From Eledone cirrhosa (Eukaryota), in the NCBI GenBank assembly GCA_964016885.1, contig OZ024743.1, positions 174,468,001 through 174,532,000 of the forward strand: a stretch of 64,000 bases of DNA, read 5' to 3'. Under the pieces are notes generated by a model that was given only the letters and a program-made list of their open reading frames with translations, searched no databases and was not told the origin of the DNA. Positions 11,794-24,082 of this stretch are shown piece by piece. Numbering within the stretch: the stretch's first letter is position 1; each line of letters opens with the position of its first letter. A program made the translations under genes and the position numbers.

Positions 11794-14505
11794 TTAGAAT
11801 AGAATCCATTATGTTTAGTAAGGCTTTAGCAATAGAGAAAAATAGAGCAGAGGGAGAACTAGTTAGAAAATTAGACGAGGCGCTTAGCAAAGGCATTGCG
11901 ACCGACGTGCTTGCGGCGAAATTGGCCCTTGACCAATTCTTCAATGCAAAGCACGAAGGCTGCGTTGTCAGAGCAAGGGTGCGTGCTCTCAGACACGAGG
12001 GTACGAAAGCCGTTCAATGGGCCCGAGTGGCGGAGGGGCGTCGTGGCAACAAAGCCACGATCCGGTCTTTGGTGGACCACGACGGGTGCATGCTACTCGA
12101 TCCCGGGCAAATGTGTGAAGCTTTTCAGCGACACTTCGCTCAGCTGTTCGGGGGCAGCGGCGGGCCGGGTCGAGGGATGAACTTTAGTGTCTACCTCGAC
12201 GGACTGCCGCGGCTCTCGGCCACTGAGGCGAAGTGTTGCGAAAAGCCGATAACAGCCGCTGAAGTAAGGGAGGCAATGACTGGCTGCACAAGGGGTAAAT
12301 TGCCTGGTTTGGATGGTCTGCCCTATGAACTTTACGTACAGATGCCAGACTTGTTCGGAGGCCTCTTGGCGGACGTCTACTGCAACTGGCAACAGAACGG
12401 AAGAATTCCCAGTTCTGTGAGCCGAGGAGCGGTGGCACTGCTCAGAAAGGATCCGAACAAGGGGGATAACATAGATAATTTCCGGCCCATAACTCTGCTA
12501 AACACAGAGTTCAAGATTTTGGCCAAGGTGCTAGCAAAGAGGTTGGTGCTTGTCGTTGGTGGACTGGTGGGAGAGGCGCAGACATGCAGAACCTGGCACG
12601 GGTGGGTCTTTTATCAATTTTGATCAGTCGAAAGCTTTCGATAGGGTCGACCATCGTTACCTAGCGGCAGTCCTGAGGGCGGCTGGCTTTGGGCCCGTCT
12701 TCAGAGGCTGGATCGCTGCCATGCACAGCGACATCTGCTCTGTGGTGAGAGTGAACGGTCACCTGTCGGAACCGTTCAACATCATGCGCTCGGTCCGCCA
12801 AGGATGTCCCCTCTCGTCCCTCTTGTACGTATTGACTCTCGAGCCATTACTGCACAAACTGGAGACGTTGAGGGGCATCCCGCGCGAACTAGGATGCGGA
12901 AGATCCGTGTCAGCATATGCGGACGATGTCACCGTAGTGATGTCGAACGCCAAACACATCGAGGCGATCGGCACTACACTAAAAGAATACGAAGCGGTGA
13001 CAGGAGCAATGATCAACCAGGAAAAGTCAGTGGGCCTGTAGCTCGGCACCTGGAGAGGCAGGTCCATGCCTTCCAACAGCGTCGTCGGACGCTGGACGGA
13101 CGGACCGGTTAAATTGCTAGGGTCTGGTTCGGTCCGGACCTCCAGACGGACAAAAACTGGGACGAGGTGACGAGCAGGGTGGCTTCTCTCACCCAGAAAT
13201 GGGTGGAGAGGAAGCTATCCCTGAAAGGTCGAGCGGAGGTGGCTAACGCGTACATCGCGTCTGTCATCTGCTACCGCCTGACCGTCGTACCTTGTCCTAA
13301 GCCTCGCCTGACTGCGCTGGAGCGTTTGCTCTTTCGCTTTTTGTGGAAGGGACGCGCTCCGATGGTCAGGCGGTCCATCTGTTGTCAACACCTGCTACGT
13401 GGAGGGCTGGGCATGCCGCTCAGGCTACGACATCTCCACCTCTTCCTCGACGGTAATCAGGTGTGGTCGCCGTTTGCTAGACACGTATTTCCCCAGCTCG
13501 TTTCCTTGACGGAGCTGCAGTCCTGGGTCAAGCGAAGACCGAGAGGGAGCGCCTGGAGACTGGAATGTCTTCAGGCGCTCACAGCCATCGACCAATCGGG
13601 CAATGTGATCGGTGGAAACTCCACCTCGGCGTTCTATAGAGGATTAGTGGAGGGGGAGAGCGACGACGAACTTGGGGAAACTCTAGGCGTCGACGAAAAT
13701 CAACTAGCCAATCTCTTCGGAAGAACTTTCGGGCCAGGGCCTATGGACAACTTCCAGAAATCTCTGGCCTGACAGTGCTACCGAGGAGCCTTGCCAGTTC
13801 GAGATAAACTCTACAGGCATGGAGATGCCGTCAGCTGGGCATGTCCGAGATGCGCGCAGGGCGACGAAACCGTCCTGCACGCACTCGTCCAGTGTCCGAA
13901 AATTGCTGACTTGTGGGTTTATGTCGAACACCTGCTGTCGCGTTTAGGACGGATCCGGCTATCATCTGAGTCCATCGTGAGGTTTGCCCCGCCCTCCTCC
14001 TTTAGCCGGGAAGGGCAGGCAGTTTTTATCTGCCTGGTGGCCATGGCGAAAGAGATAGTATGGTGGACACGTTTGAAAGGGCTGAAGACGAGCACTTACC
14101 TCTTCGGTGATGCTCTGATTGACTTTTTCAAATTTCATTTGAAAAGGAAAATCAGAGTAGAGAGGGAAGTGCTCTCTCCCAGCATTTTGTTGAAAGATGG
14201 GTGAGAGAAGCAAGAATGGCCCGAGTGAATGGGCCTACTCTGAGTATATATCTGTAAATTAAAGGTGGAAAACTGGGAGAGGGCACTTGCCTTGGTGGTC
14301 AGGGTCATTGTGGCTTTTTACTGGGCTCTCTCCACAAATGTCCCTCCGAAGTCTCCCCCCTATTGGGGAATTTTTCATTGTTATTTTTTGTTACATCCTC
14401 TGTTTTTGTTTTTTACACGCAGAAATGCCCATTTGTACCGTCCTGCATTGTCCTGCACTGTCCTTAATGTCTACTTTATGTAAACCCTTGTGGTTAATAA
14501 AGAAA

Positions 14506-14550
<45 letters not shown>
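11794..14550 (+). mobile_element. Tx1/L1-clade LINE copy C, 5'-truncated, with internal deletions and (TTA)n tail
   Basis: Aligns to copy B from about 4519 onward. About 70 bp deleted near 12588 and about 24 bp near 13417. Stops at 13039 and 13770. Same 3' UTR; (TTA)n 14508-14550. Confidence 0.93.
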
Positions 14551-14551
<1 letters not shown>

Positions 14552-17500
14552 CTGTCTGTTCGGACGCTTTTTGCTCGCTCACAGTAAGTCGCTTTATTTG
14601 CCTGTTAAAATTTTTTGTTGTTAAATATTTCTTGTTGTGTAAGGGATATAAGCCCTTAGACTTTGCCCTGTTAAGGGGAAAGTATAATATTTGGGCATTT
14701 TGGCCCAAATATTCGAACATTTTACTTTTTAAAAAAAATTGTTTTAAAAAAAAACGGCTGAACCACGCCCCCAGCAATATGTCTGCTGTCGTGTGACAAC
14801 GGGGTAAAAGTTGAGAAGAGGGTTAAAAACATTGTTACAACAGACACCACAACAAACAACGTGAACAAAGACAACACTGAGAACACTAATTTCGAAAAAA
14901 TTACCACACCAACTACAACAAAAACAGCGTCAACCAAAATACAGACAACAGAAAAAAAATGACAACAAATGCAACAACGATATTAACACCACTAACCAGA
15001 AAATAAACAACGACAACACCAACAGCAACAATACAGATTGCACCGAAAACAACAAGAACGGTGGCACCAAAAACACAACCAACTACAACAGTGATAACAG
15101 CAACAACACCAACAACACCAACAACACCGTTTGTAGCAATAGCAACAGCAACAGCACCAACAACAAAACCAGCAGCGGCAGCCATAATGGTGCCACTGAA
15201 AAAGGGGCCACTTCTTTCGCATGTGTGGCCCGAAATATAGAAACAGTGCTAGTCACGGAGGAGGAGATGGCAGGCGCAAGAGCCATGGTGTCGAGAAATG
15301 ACAATAGAGTTTCCCTGAAACCTCTACCCGACTTCTTCAAAGACCAGCAACTGCGCACGGTGACTTACTGCACCGTAAGCAAAATGTCACATCGGGTGGA
15401 GAGAGCCATGGAGGCTCAAATCCAAAAGGCTTGGGGTGCGTCTGGGCGCGCAAAAGCCACATCACCCGAGGCAAAACGTACGGCACAGTAGACGTACTTT
15501 TCGCCACTCTCCAAGAGGCGAAGTCTCATTCTTTGGAAACCCTAAAGAGAGAGGAGATAGTCTTGGTGCCCTCCTACTGCGGGCAGAAAATTGTGAGGGT
15601 CAAAGTGACCCACGTCCAGCCCGACGTGCCCATACCTTGGCTGGCCGAGTCTGTACTGGCTGGAATCGAGGAGAAGACCACCATACTGCATATACAGAGA
15701 ATAGGAAGAGAGAACTGGTCAGGAATAGGCATGCAAATGCTAATACAGACTGACCAGGAGTGCATCGAGGCCATCCCAGACATCATATACCTCGAAGAAG
15801 GGCTCCAACTCCCTATAAGCGTGGAAGGAAGGCGCCCAAAGTGCTATCTCTGTGGGCAGAAGGGTCACCTCAGGGCCTTCTGCCCGCAGAAGACAGCCAA
15901 GAAGAGAGCCCTCTCCTTCCGACGCCTGATCCGCTGATACCAAGAGCAGGGCAGGCAACAGAGGCAGAAGACCCTTCCATGGTGAGTAGGATGGCAACGT
16001 CCGTGGCACCCATACCAAGGCCACGGACAACTAAAGCAGCGGCACCAGTGGCGGCAACACCAACAGTCGCAGTAGCTACGCAGGCGGTAAAATTGCCGGA
16101 GCGGTCTCCAATACCACCACCAACAGGGGTCCGACATAGAGTATGAGGCGGGAGGGAAATGGCAAACGGTCTGCCACAAAAAACAAAAAACAACAAAACC
16201 CTTAGCTTCACCCTCAAAAAGTGAAGGCAGACAAAGAAAGGTAAAGGCTGCAAGGAGTCTTGCAGCAACACCACCATCACCACCACAAGCATTACCACCA
16301 ACAACAACCACACCACCACCATCATCACCAAAAACACCAACATCGCAAACACAACAAAACACACATCCAACAGCAACAACAAGAAAACAGCAACAAAATC
16401 GCCTCTCCCCCAAAAAGTACACAGCCATAAACATGGCAAATAAAGAACTCCTACAACATATAAAGCAGCACACAGACATCACAGAAAAACTACTACACCC
16501 AACCAACACCAAGAACTCTTCCGACAAACATAAGCATCATTGAAATCAAAATAGAACATTACAAATTGTTAAAACAAAAATTCCCCCAACGCTGTTGGAG
16601 ACTTCAGAGGGTCGGTTAACAAAAGGATATACACCGACATCCTCTTGGAAACACCCATGACCAGCCAAAGGGACGATTCTACTGTCCTTTCACCACACGA
16701 TCAAGGTAAGTGATCCTTTCTCGCTTACCCCGTTTCTCATCCAACATGGCCGTACTTAGAATAGGCAGTATAAATGTACTTGGTCTGGGGTCATCTTGGA
16801 AGCAGGGTCACCTGCTCAACGACTTCAGGTCACTAAACATAGATGTGGTGGCCATCAGCGAGACCAGAATCTCCGAAGCACGAGTCTTCGCACCGATCTT
16901 CGGCGGCTACGATGCATACGCATCTCCCAACCGTCCAGGATCGGGGGGAGGAGTTGCCGTGCTTTTTCGGAGAGGCTTGGACCTCGCCATACGGGCCATC
17001 TTCCTGGACCCAGAAGGTAAGTCGGTAGTGCTGGACGTGACCGGCAGCGAAGGCAATGCTTTCAGGCTAGTAGCCGTCTACGCCCCAACAGGGACTGGAC
17101 AGCCAGATTTATTCAGACGTCTAGAGACTTTTCTTGGAACGTCCCGCTCTTTAGTGTTAGTGGGCGACTGGAATGGTATCTTAGATGCACGCTGGGATTA
17201 TGTGGGGCTAGTAGACAGGGCAGGAGGTGTAAAAGACTCAACAACCTGCTCAGACGTTTTCAACTGTCTGACAGGTATAGACTGGATTATCCGAATGTGC
17301 CAATGTGGTCATGGGCAAACCGCAAAGGGTCATCCAGATCGTATTTAGATAGGGTATTCTGTAGGGAAACAGATAAGGCTAGTGTAGGTTGTCCACAATT
17401 TAAAGTAGTCGACTACACGGACCACAAATTTGTGATCTGAGAATTTGATTTAGATAGACTCCATAGGCAAGGGCCTGGTTACTGGAAGCTGAACGCGTCG

Positions 17501-20378
17501 TTCCAGGCGCGCAAATCTTACAGAGACCGGATTAGCGAATTAGTTAAGCGTGCGTTGACGGGTGCGATCGTCAACAACAGGTGGTGGTTTACCCTGAAAA
17601 GGGCTATTCGAGTAGAATCGATAAGGTTTAGCAAAGGACTAGTGATAGAGGAAAATAGAGTAGATGGAGAGCTAGTTAGAAAGCTAGAAGAGGCGTTTAG
17701 GACAGGCATCACAACCGGCGTGCTTGCGGCGAGATTGGCACTCGACCAATTCTTCAACGCAAAGCATGAAGGTTGCGTTGTCAGAGCTAGAGCGCGTGCT
17801 CTAAGACACGAGGGGATGAAAGCCGTTCAATGGGCCGGGTGGTGGAGGCGCGACGTAGCAACAAGTCCACAATTTGGTATTTTCCTGATCAAAACGGGTG
17901 CATGCTGCTCGAACCCGAGCAGATGTGTGCGGCTTTTCAACAGCACTTTGCTCAACTGTTCGAGGACTGCCGCGGCTCTCGATGACCGCAGCGCAATGCT
18001 GCGAAAAGCCGATAACAGCAGGTGAAATACGGGGCGCGATGTCTGATGCACCAGGGGTAAATCGCCAGGTTTGGATGGTCTGCCCTACGAGCTTTATGCG
18101 TATATCCCAGACTTGTTCGGCGACCTCTTGGCAGATGTCTACTGCAACTAGCAGCAGAACAGGAGCATTCCCAGTTTTGTGAGCCGGGGAGCGGTGGCGC
18201 TGCTGAGAAAAGACCCGAACAAGGGGGACGTTATAGACAACTTCAGGCCCATAACTCTGCTAAACGCAGAGTTCAAGGTTTGGCCAAGGTGTTAGCAAAG
18301 AGATTGGCACTTGTCGTCGGTGATCTGGTGGGAGAGGCGCAGACATGCGCCATCACGGACAGATCCATCTACGACAAGCTCCATCTCAAGCGATACATCA
18401 TAGAGAGGGTGGTTAAGGAACCTGGCACGGCTAGGGCCCTGATCAACTTGGATCAATCTAAAGCATTCGATAGGGTCGACCATCGGTACCTGGCCGCGGT
18501 CCTCGAGGCGGCCGGCTTCGGGCCCGTTTTAGGGGCTGGATCGCTGCGATGCACAGCGACATCTGCTCGATTGTGAGAGTGAATGGTCACCTGTCGCAGC
18601 CTTTCAGCATCATGTGCTCGGTCCGCCAGGGTTGCCCCCTCTCTTCCCTCTTGTACGAACTGGCCCTCGAGTCGTTACTTCACAAATTGGAGACGATGAA
18701 GGGGGTCCCACACGAACTGGGATGCGAGCGATCCGTGTTCACTTACGCCGAAGACGTCACCGTGGTGGTGTCGAGCACCAAACATGTCCAGATGCTCGGC
18801 ACCGCTCTCAAGGAATACGAAGCGGTGACAGGAGCAAATATAAACTAGGAAAAGTCGATGGGCTTGCAACTCGGCACCTGGAGAGGCAAGTCCATGCCGT
18901 CTGACAGCGTCGTGGGGCACTGGACGGAAGGACCGGTTAAATTGCTCGGGGTCTGGTTCTGACCGGACCTCCAGATAGAGAAAAACAGGAGCGAAGTAAC
19001 GAACAGGGTGGCCTCTCTCACCCAGAAATAGGCCGAGAGGAGGCTGTCTCTGAAAGGTCGGGTGGAGGTGGCGAATGCATACATAGCGTCCGTCATCTCT
19101 ACTGCCTGACCGTCGAACCTTGCCCTCGCCCAACTCTGACCAAAATGGAGTGCCTTCTCTTCCGCTTTTTTTGTGGAAGGGACGTGCTCCCATGGTCAGA
19201 CGATCCATTTGCTGTCAACACCCGTTGTGTGGAGGACTAGGCATGCCGTGGCTGATGATGCGCAAACATGCGCTGAGGCTGCGACATCTCTGGTTCTTCC
19301 TTAACGGTGAACAGGTGTGGTCGCCGTTTGCCAGACGCGCTTTTCCCCAGCTCGTCTCCTTGACGGAGCTGCAGTCCTGGATCAGGAAAAGACCGAGGGA
19401 TAGCGTTTGGAAGCTGGCATGTCTCCAAGCGCTCACCGCCCTCTACCAGCTGGGCACTAGTATCGGTGGAACATCCACCTCGGTGTTCTATAGAGGGCTA
19501 GTGGAGGGATAAGCGACGGCGTTCTCATGGAGACCCTGGGCGTCGAAAACGATTAACTGTTCGCTCTCTTCAAGAGAACTTTCAGACCGGGGCCTATGGA
19601 CAATTTCCAGAAATCCCTGGCCTGGCAGTGCTACCGGGGAGCGTTGCCGGTTCGAGATAAGCTCTACAGGAACGGAGGTGCTGTCAGCCGAGCCTGTCCG
19701 AGATGCGCGCAAGATAACGAAACCGTCCTGCATGCAGTCGTTCAGTGCCCGAGGATTGCTGACTTGTGGAACTATGTCGAACAGCTGCTGTCGCGTGTAG
19801 GACGGATCCGGTTATCGATTGAGTCCATTGTGTAGATAGCCCCGCCGTCCTCCTTTAAGGAGGAGGAAGGGCAGGCAGTTTTCATCTGCCTGGTGGCCAT
19901 GGTGAAAGAGATTGTATGGTGGACAAGGTTGAAAGGGTTAAAGACGGACACTTTCCTCTTCGGCCAATCCCTGATTAATTTTTTCAAGTTTCACTTGAAG
20001 AGGAAAATCAAGGTGGATAGGCTATATTCTAGTAAGTTTGTTGAAAGGTGGGTGAAAGTGGCGAGTCTGGTCCGAGTAAACGGGTCCGCTCTGAGTATGC
20101 GCCTGTAGACTGAGCAGTGGGAAAACTGAGAGAGGGTGCTTTCCCTGGTGGTCAGGATGGCCGTGGCCTTTTTGTGTGCTTTTCGCCACGACTGACCCTC
20201 GGAGGTTTTCCCCTTTTTGGGGAATTTTTGTTGTTTGAAATGTTTTGATTTCTAGCCCAATTTTGTTATAACCTGTTTACACGACCAAAACCCACTTTGT
20301 ATCGTCCTGTACTGTTCTTTGCCGTCTCTAATGGGGTTTTTTTTCGTATTAGCCCTTGTGGCCAATAAAGAAACCATT
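14551..20378 (+). mobile_element. Tx1/L1-clade LINE copy D, full length but older and from a diverged subfamily
   Basis: ORF1 remnant (CYLCGQKGHLRAFC). ORF2 from MAVLRIGSINVLGL at 16746 to 20108 with many stops and frameshifts. Ends AATAAAGAAACCATTA without a long tail. Confidence 0.9.
16746..20108 (+). pseudogene. ORF2 (APE-RT) of copy D, heavily disrupted
   Basis: Fragments 16710-17348, 17555-18025, 18280-18848, 19120-19512, 19596-19835 and 19893-20108 are colinear with copy B ORF2. Confidence 0.88.
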
Positions 20379-20444
20379 AGATCTATTTTATTCCCTATTG
20401 TATAAATAATATTACAAATAAAAAAAGAGAAAAAACACAGAAGA

Positions 20445-20711
20445 GGGTAGCACATACATCTAGGACCACATAAACACGTAAGCAGGTAATGCACACATCT
20501 AGGACCACATACAGCTCATAATCAGGTAGCACACGCATCTAGGACCACATATAACACATAATCAGATAATACACACATGTAGGACCACATACAACACATA
20601 AGCAGGTATTACACACACCTAGGACCACATACCACACATAAGCAGGTAATACATACATCTAGGACTACATACAACACACAAGCAGGTGGTACATACAGCT
20701 GGGACCACATA
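20445..20711. repeat. 40-bp minisatellite, about 7 diverged units
   Basis: The motif AGGACCACAT (or a 1-nt variant) recurs at 20462, 20501, 20541, 20581, 20621, 20661 and 20701. Confidence 0.9.
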
Positions 20712-20724
20712 AGGGTTGGCCAAC

Positions 20725-22478
20725 ATAAGGGTTTCGTCACTCTTCTGAAGAGAGAAAATCTATCTGTATTTACTGTTCATTGTGTCATTCATCGACAACA
20801 CTTGGCTGCGAAGAAACTCAGTGAGCGGCTGAACAAGTCTTTGCAGGTGGCCATTGATGTCATCAATTTTATCAAACGCCATTCCCTCAATGAACGAATT
20901 TTTCGGCAACTGTGCCAAGATAATAATGAAGAATTCGTCAAGTTGCTCCTTCATACTGAAGTAAGGTGGCTTTCAAAGGGCAAGTGCCTTACTCACTTCT
21001 TTGAACTCTTCAACTCTATCATTGAGTTTCCACGAGGACGCAACACAGAACTGTACAAGAAAACCCTCGATGTGAGGCAAGACTGCGCCTACCTCGCTAA
21101 CATCTTCGACAAATGCAATAGCCTCATTATGGGTTTACAGGGGAAGAAGATCACATTGCTTAAAGCAAGGAGTGCTGTGAGAACATTCCTGACCAAATAG
21201 AATGTCATACTTAGTTGAGAGGAAGTTTGGTGCTGTTTCCAGACTGCACAGTAAGTCTCACAACCGCTACAATGTAATTAATTACACGTGGAGATCTCTG
21301 GCTACATCTTACGAAAATTCAGCTTCACGTCGAAAAGTTAGCTAGACTCCATGAAGCTCAAGGGTTCCATTGAAACGAGGTCAAAGTTAAAGTAAGTTGA
21401 TTTATCCGAAAACTTGGATATGCTAATGTTACAAAGGAAACTAACAATTTTTTCATTTGTAGTTGCAGTCTGACTGGACTGGAAACCATCTACTACATTT
21501 TATATACCATCTACTATATTTTACCACTTACTAATAAATATACCCTCTTATATGGTCATGAAAACCCTCTTCCATGGTCTCTAAGCTCACAAAGCGGAGG
21601 GGACATCAAGTTAGATATCAACATTTATTCTGTCCGTTTCATTAAAGGGAAAATTGGAAAGCTTTGAAATGATATAATTGCCACTTTCTTCCAGATAAGA
21701 GCACTCTTTGGATAGACAGAGTTGCTCTTGTATAAATGTTCAAAATAGCTGGTATCACCTGATGGGAATATAACAAATCCAACTGGTCCTTCAGCAGCAC
21801 CGTTTTACGTCCGTTCTTCCACGCTAGATTGGGTTAGACGGGTTGTCCTGTTGTAGGCAGTGTCTGGTCGGCTGACATTGTCTTGCACATACGGGAACTG
21901 ATTGTGGCTTGATTTCTACAGTTGGATGCCCTTCCTAACACCAACCTCATTTACAGTGAGTGCTGGGTGCTTTTTTTCCGTGGCGCCTACACGTCAACTT
22001 TTACAGTGTGGGCTGGGTGTTTTTTTTGCCGTGGCACCTCCACGACCACTTTGCAGTGGAATGAAAGGGACCCCAGTCCTATCATCTCATTTCTACAGCT
22101 GAGTAAACTGGAGCAATGTGAAATAAAGTGTCTTGCTCAAGGAAACAACACATCACCCGGTCCGAGAATTGAACTCACAACTTTTCGATTGCAAGCCCAA
22201 TGCTCTAACGAACTAAGCCATGCGCCTTCCTTATTCATAAAAAAGAACATTTATGTTCCTTTTTTTTGAAATTTATAAATTTCCTTTCAAGGAATGTATT
22301 TATACTCTCAGCTGCCTGCAATGATATCTTTGGAATATTGTTAATCAATTTTTTAGTAATCGACTGATATCAAAATCAGTAGTATATTGAAAAATTGAAA
22401 AATAGGGTAGGGGGGGGGGGGGGCATGATTTCGAGGGAGAAAAGGGGGCGTTTGGCCTAAATGGGTTGAGAACCTATG
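20725..22478 (+). mobile_element. hAT (Buster/Charlie-type) transposon remnant: transposase fragments and right TIR, interrupted by SINE-like insertions
   Basis: HCVIHRQHLAAK..LLLHTEVRWLSKG (20778-21200). C-terminal GDLWLHLTKIQ..AQGFH* near 21290-21373. TIR-like GGTTGAGAACCTATG at 22464-22478 is followed by GTTTACAC, matching the nnnTAnnn Buster target pattern. Confidence 0.78.
22095..22229 (-). mobile_element. tRNA-derived SINE
   Basis: The reverse strand reads GAAGGCGCATGGCTTAGTTCGTTAGAGC (A box) and GAGTTCAATTCTC (B box), then a TTGAGCAAGACAC core. Confidence 0.7.
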
Positions 22479-22689
22479 GTTTACACAATCTGTCAACGTA
22501 GATCCACACTAGTTTTCTCGGATTCTAAAATTCTTACTTTGAAAAGGAAATAATGATACATTGTCGATTACCTCCTCCTGCTTTTGCGGAGGTTAGGTGT
22601 GTGACGTTTGTCACAACCTTAAACATTCATAGCGAAAGGCCTTCAAATGTTTTTCATAAACATCCCGTATATTATTCAATATACAATAC

Positions 22690-22727
<38 letters not shown>

Positions 22728-22728
<1 letters not shown>

Positions 22729-22999
22729 GATATTAAATAAATGGAAACTATATTTATAAAACCATATTTATTCTATTATATATATTTCAAGGGTACGCTT
22801 TCATCAGATAAAATACGAAGTGTGTTTTATAAATTTTGACATAACCAAGGAAAATACTTTAACGGTTCAAGTTTTCCTTGGATAGTTTTCCTTTAATATC
22901 ATTGAATATTATGCTCCAGAAAACTTGTCGGGTGCTCTGAATCAGTTATAAACATTTATATTTGTTGAATTACCAATAAATTGAATATCCTTTCTGCTT
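22728..22999. mobile_element. (TA)n-flanked PLE-terminal-repeat-like element (family H1) with internal inversion and a hammerhead motif on the minus strand
   Basis: Same sequence as 34695-34934 and 36957-37228, but its two halves are in opposite orientations. Confidence 0.7.
22769..22815 (-). ncRNA. Minimal type I hammerhead ribozyme motif (short stem II variant)
   Basis: Minus strand: UAUUUUAU-CUGAUGA-AAG CGUACC CUU-GAAA-U AUAU A UA|AUAGAAUA. Confidence 0.65.
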
Positions 23000-23267
23000 A
23001 TATATATATATATATATATAATTGGATCGTGCCTCGAGCCTGGTCGCCCGAGAAACAATTGTAATATGTCCAATAAATTTCTTTCGTCGCAACACTGATT
23101 CTATTTTTTCTGTGATATATATATATATATATATGTTTTTGAAACAGTGAGCAGGTTTGAAATTAGAAATAGAATAGCTTTCATCGTATTTTTTTACTAA
23201 AGAAATTTTAGTCTGATAATGGGGTTTAGAACCCTCAGATAAATGGAAAAAGATGAGTATTGATGTA

Positions 23268-23327
23268 CATGGGAGTCGAACCCACACCTTTGGTTATCCA
23301 GACCACTGTGCTACCATTACACCAACA
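23268..23327 (-). mobile_element. tRNA-like Pol III head (SINE remnant)
   Basis: Minus strand GTTGGTGTAATGGTAGC (A box) ... GGTTCGACTCCC (B box). No complete cloverleaf. Confidence 0.55.
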
Positions 23328-23399
23328 CATCACCCATCTCCTTCCATTCAAATTAGAAGCTACATTCTTAGCGAGTATAAATGACAAGTAAGTATGTTT

Positions 23400-24082
23400 T
23401 TGAGCACTTTGCCAGTATCAGTTCTGATTTTTGCGTTTCGCTTCGCTTTTCCTGCCCGCCGAAAATGCGATTCTCGCTGAATCTTTATTTGTATTAATCT
23501 CCCATGTCTTACAATTAACTTGTTAATAATTTCTATTGACAGGTTAATTGTATAAGTTTATTTTAAACTACTCGGTTGAGAACTTATTCCATTTGTGCTA
23601 TTTATGCTATTTTCGCATGATATACACCAACTGAACTACTTTGCCAAAATCTGGGGTTTCCACACGTGATTTAACTTACCACCGTGTCATTCACTTATTT
23701 GGTACAGAGCGAAATACCTGTTGATAACGTGATATTCCTTGTTCGATCGCTATACCCAAAGCTTATATTTTTAAGCAGACTGTATTTTGATTTAGATATC
23801 ACAGAAACTCTACATCGGATTTTAACAGAAATTCCGGGAGTCCAGGTCTGGTTATCACTTATTTTTTATCATTTATTTTATTTTGACCTGTTTAGCTTGA
23901 TTTGGTTTTTGGCTTGAGTGGTTAATGCTTTCTTGACCACCTTTTCAGTTTTGTATGGCTTCATTGTTTAGCTCTGGTTTTTAACTATTGAGCACTTTGC
24001 CAGTATCATTTCTGATTTTTGCGTTTCGCTTCGCTTTTCCTGCCCGCCGAAAATGCGATTCTCGCTGAATCTTTATTTGTAT
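23400..24082. repeat. About 95-bp direct repeats flanking about 495 bp of unique sequence, within a (TA)n-bounded block
   Basis: TGAGCACTTTGCCAGTATC...CTTTATTTGTAT occurs at 23400-23494 and 23989-24082 with one difference. Confidence 0.85.

Noticed and set aside
1535-19987. Antisense and alternate-frame ORFs overlapping the LINEs (e.g. 1757-2317, 2668-3300, 8058-8822)
   Set aside because: Shadow ORFs of GC-rich or low-complexity coding sequence, with no recognisable motifs.
20445-20711. CRISPR-like repeat-spacer pattern in the 40-bp minisatellite
   Set aside because: The sequences between the conserved AGGACCACAT motifs are homologous to each other, so they are not spacers.
23268-23327. Functional tRNA gene
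   Set aside because: A and B boxes are present but there is no convincing acceptor or anticodon stem. It is better explained as a SINE head.
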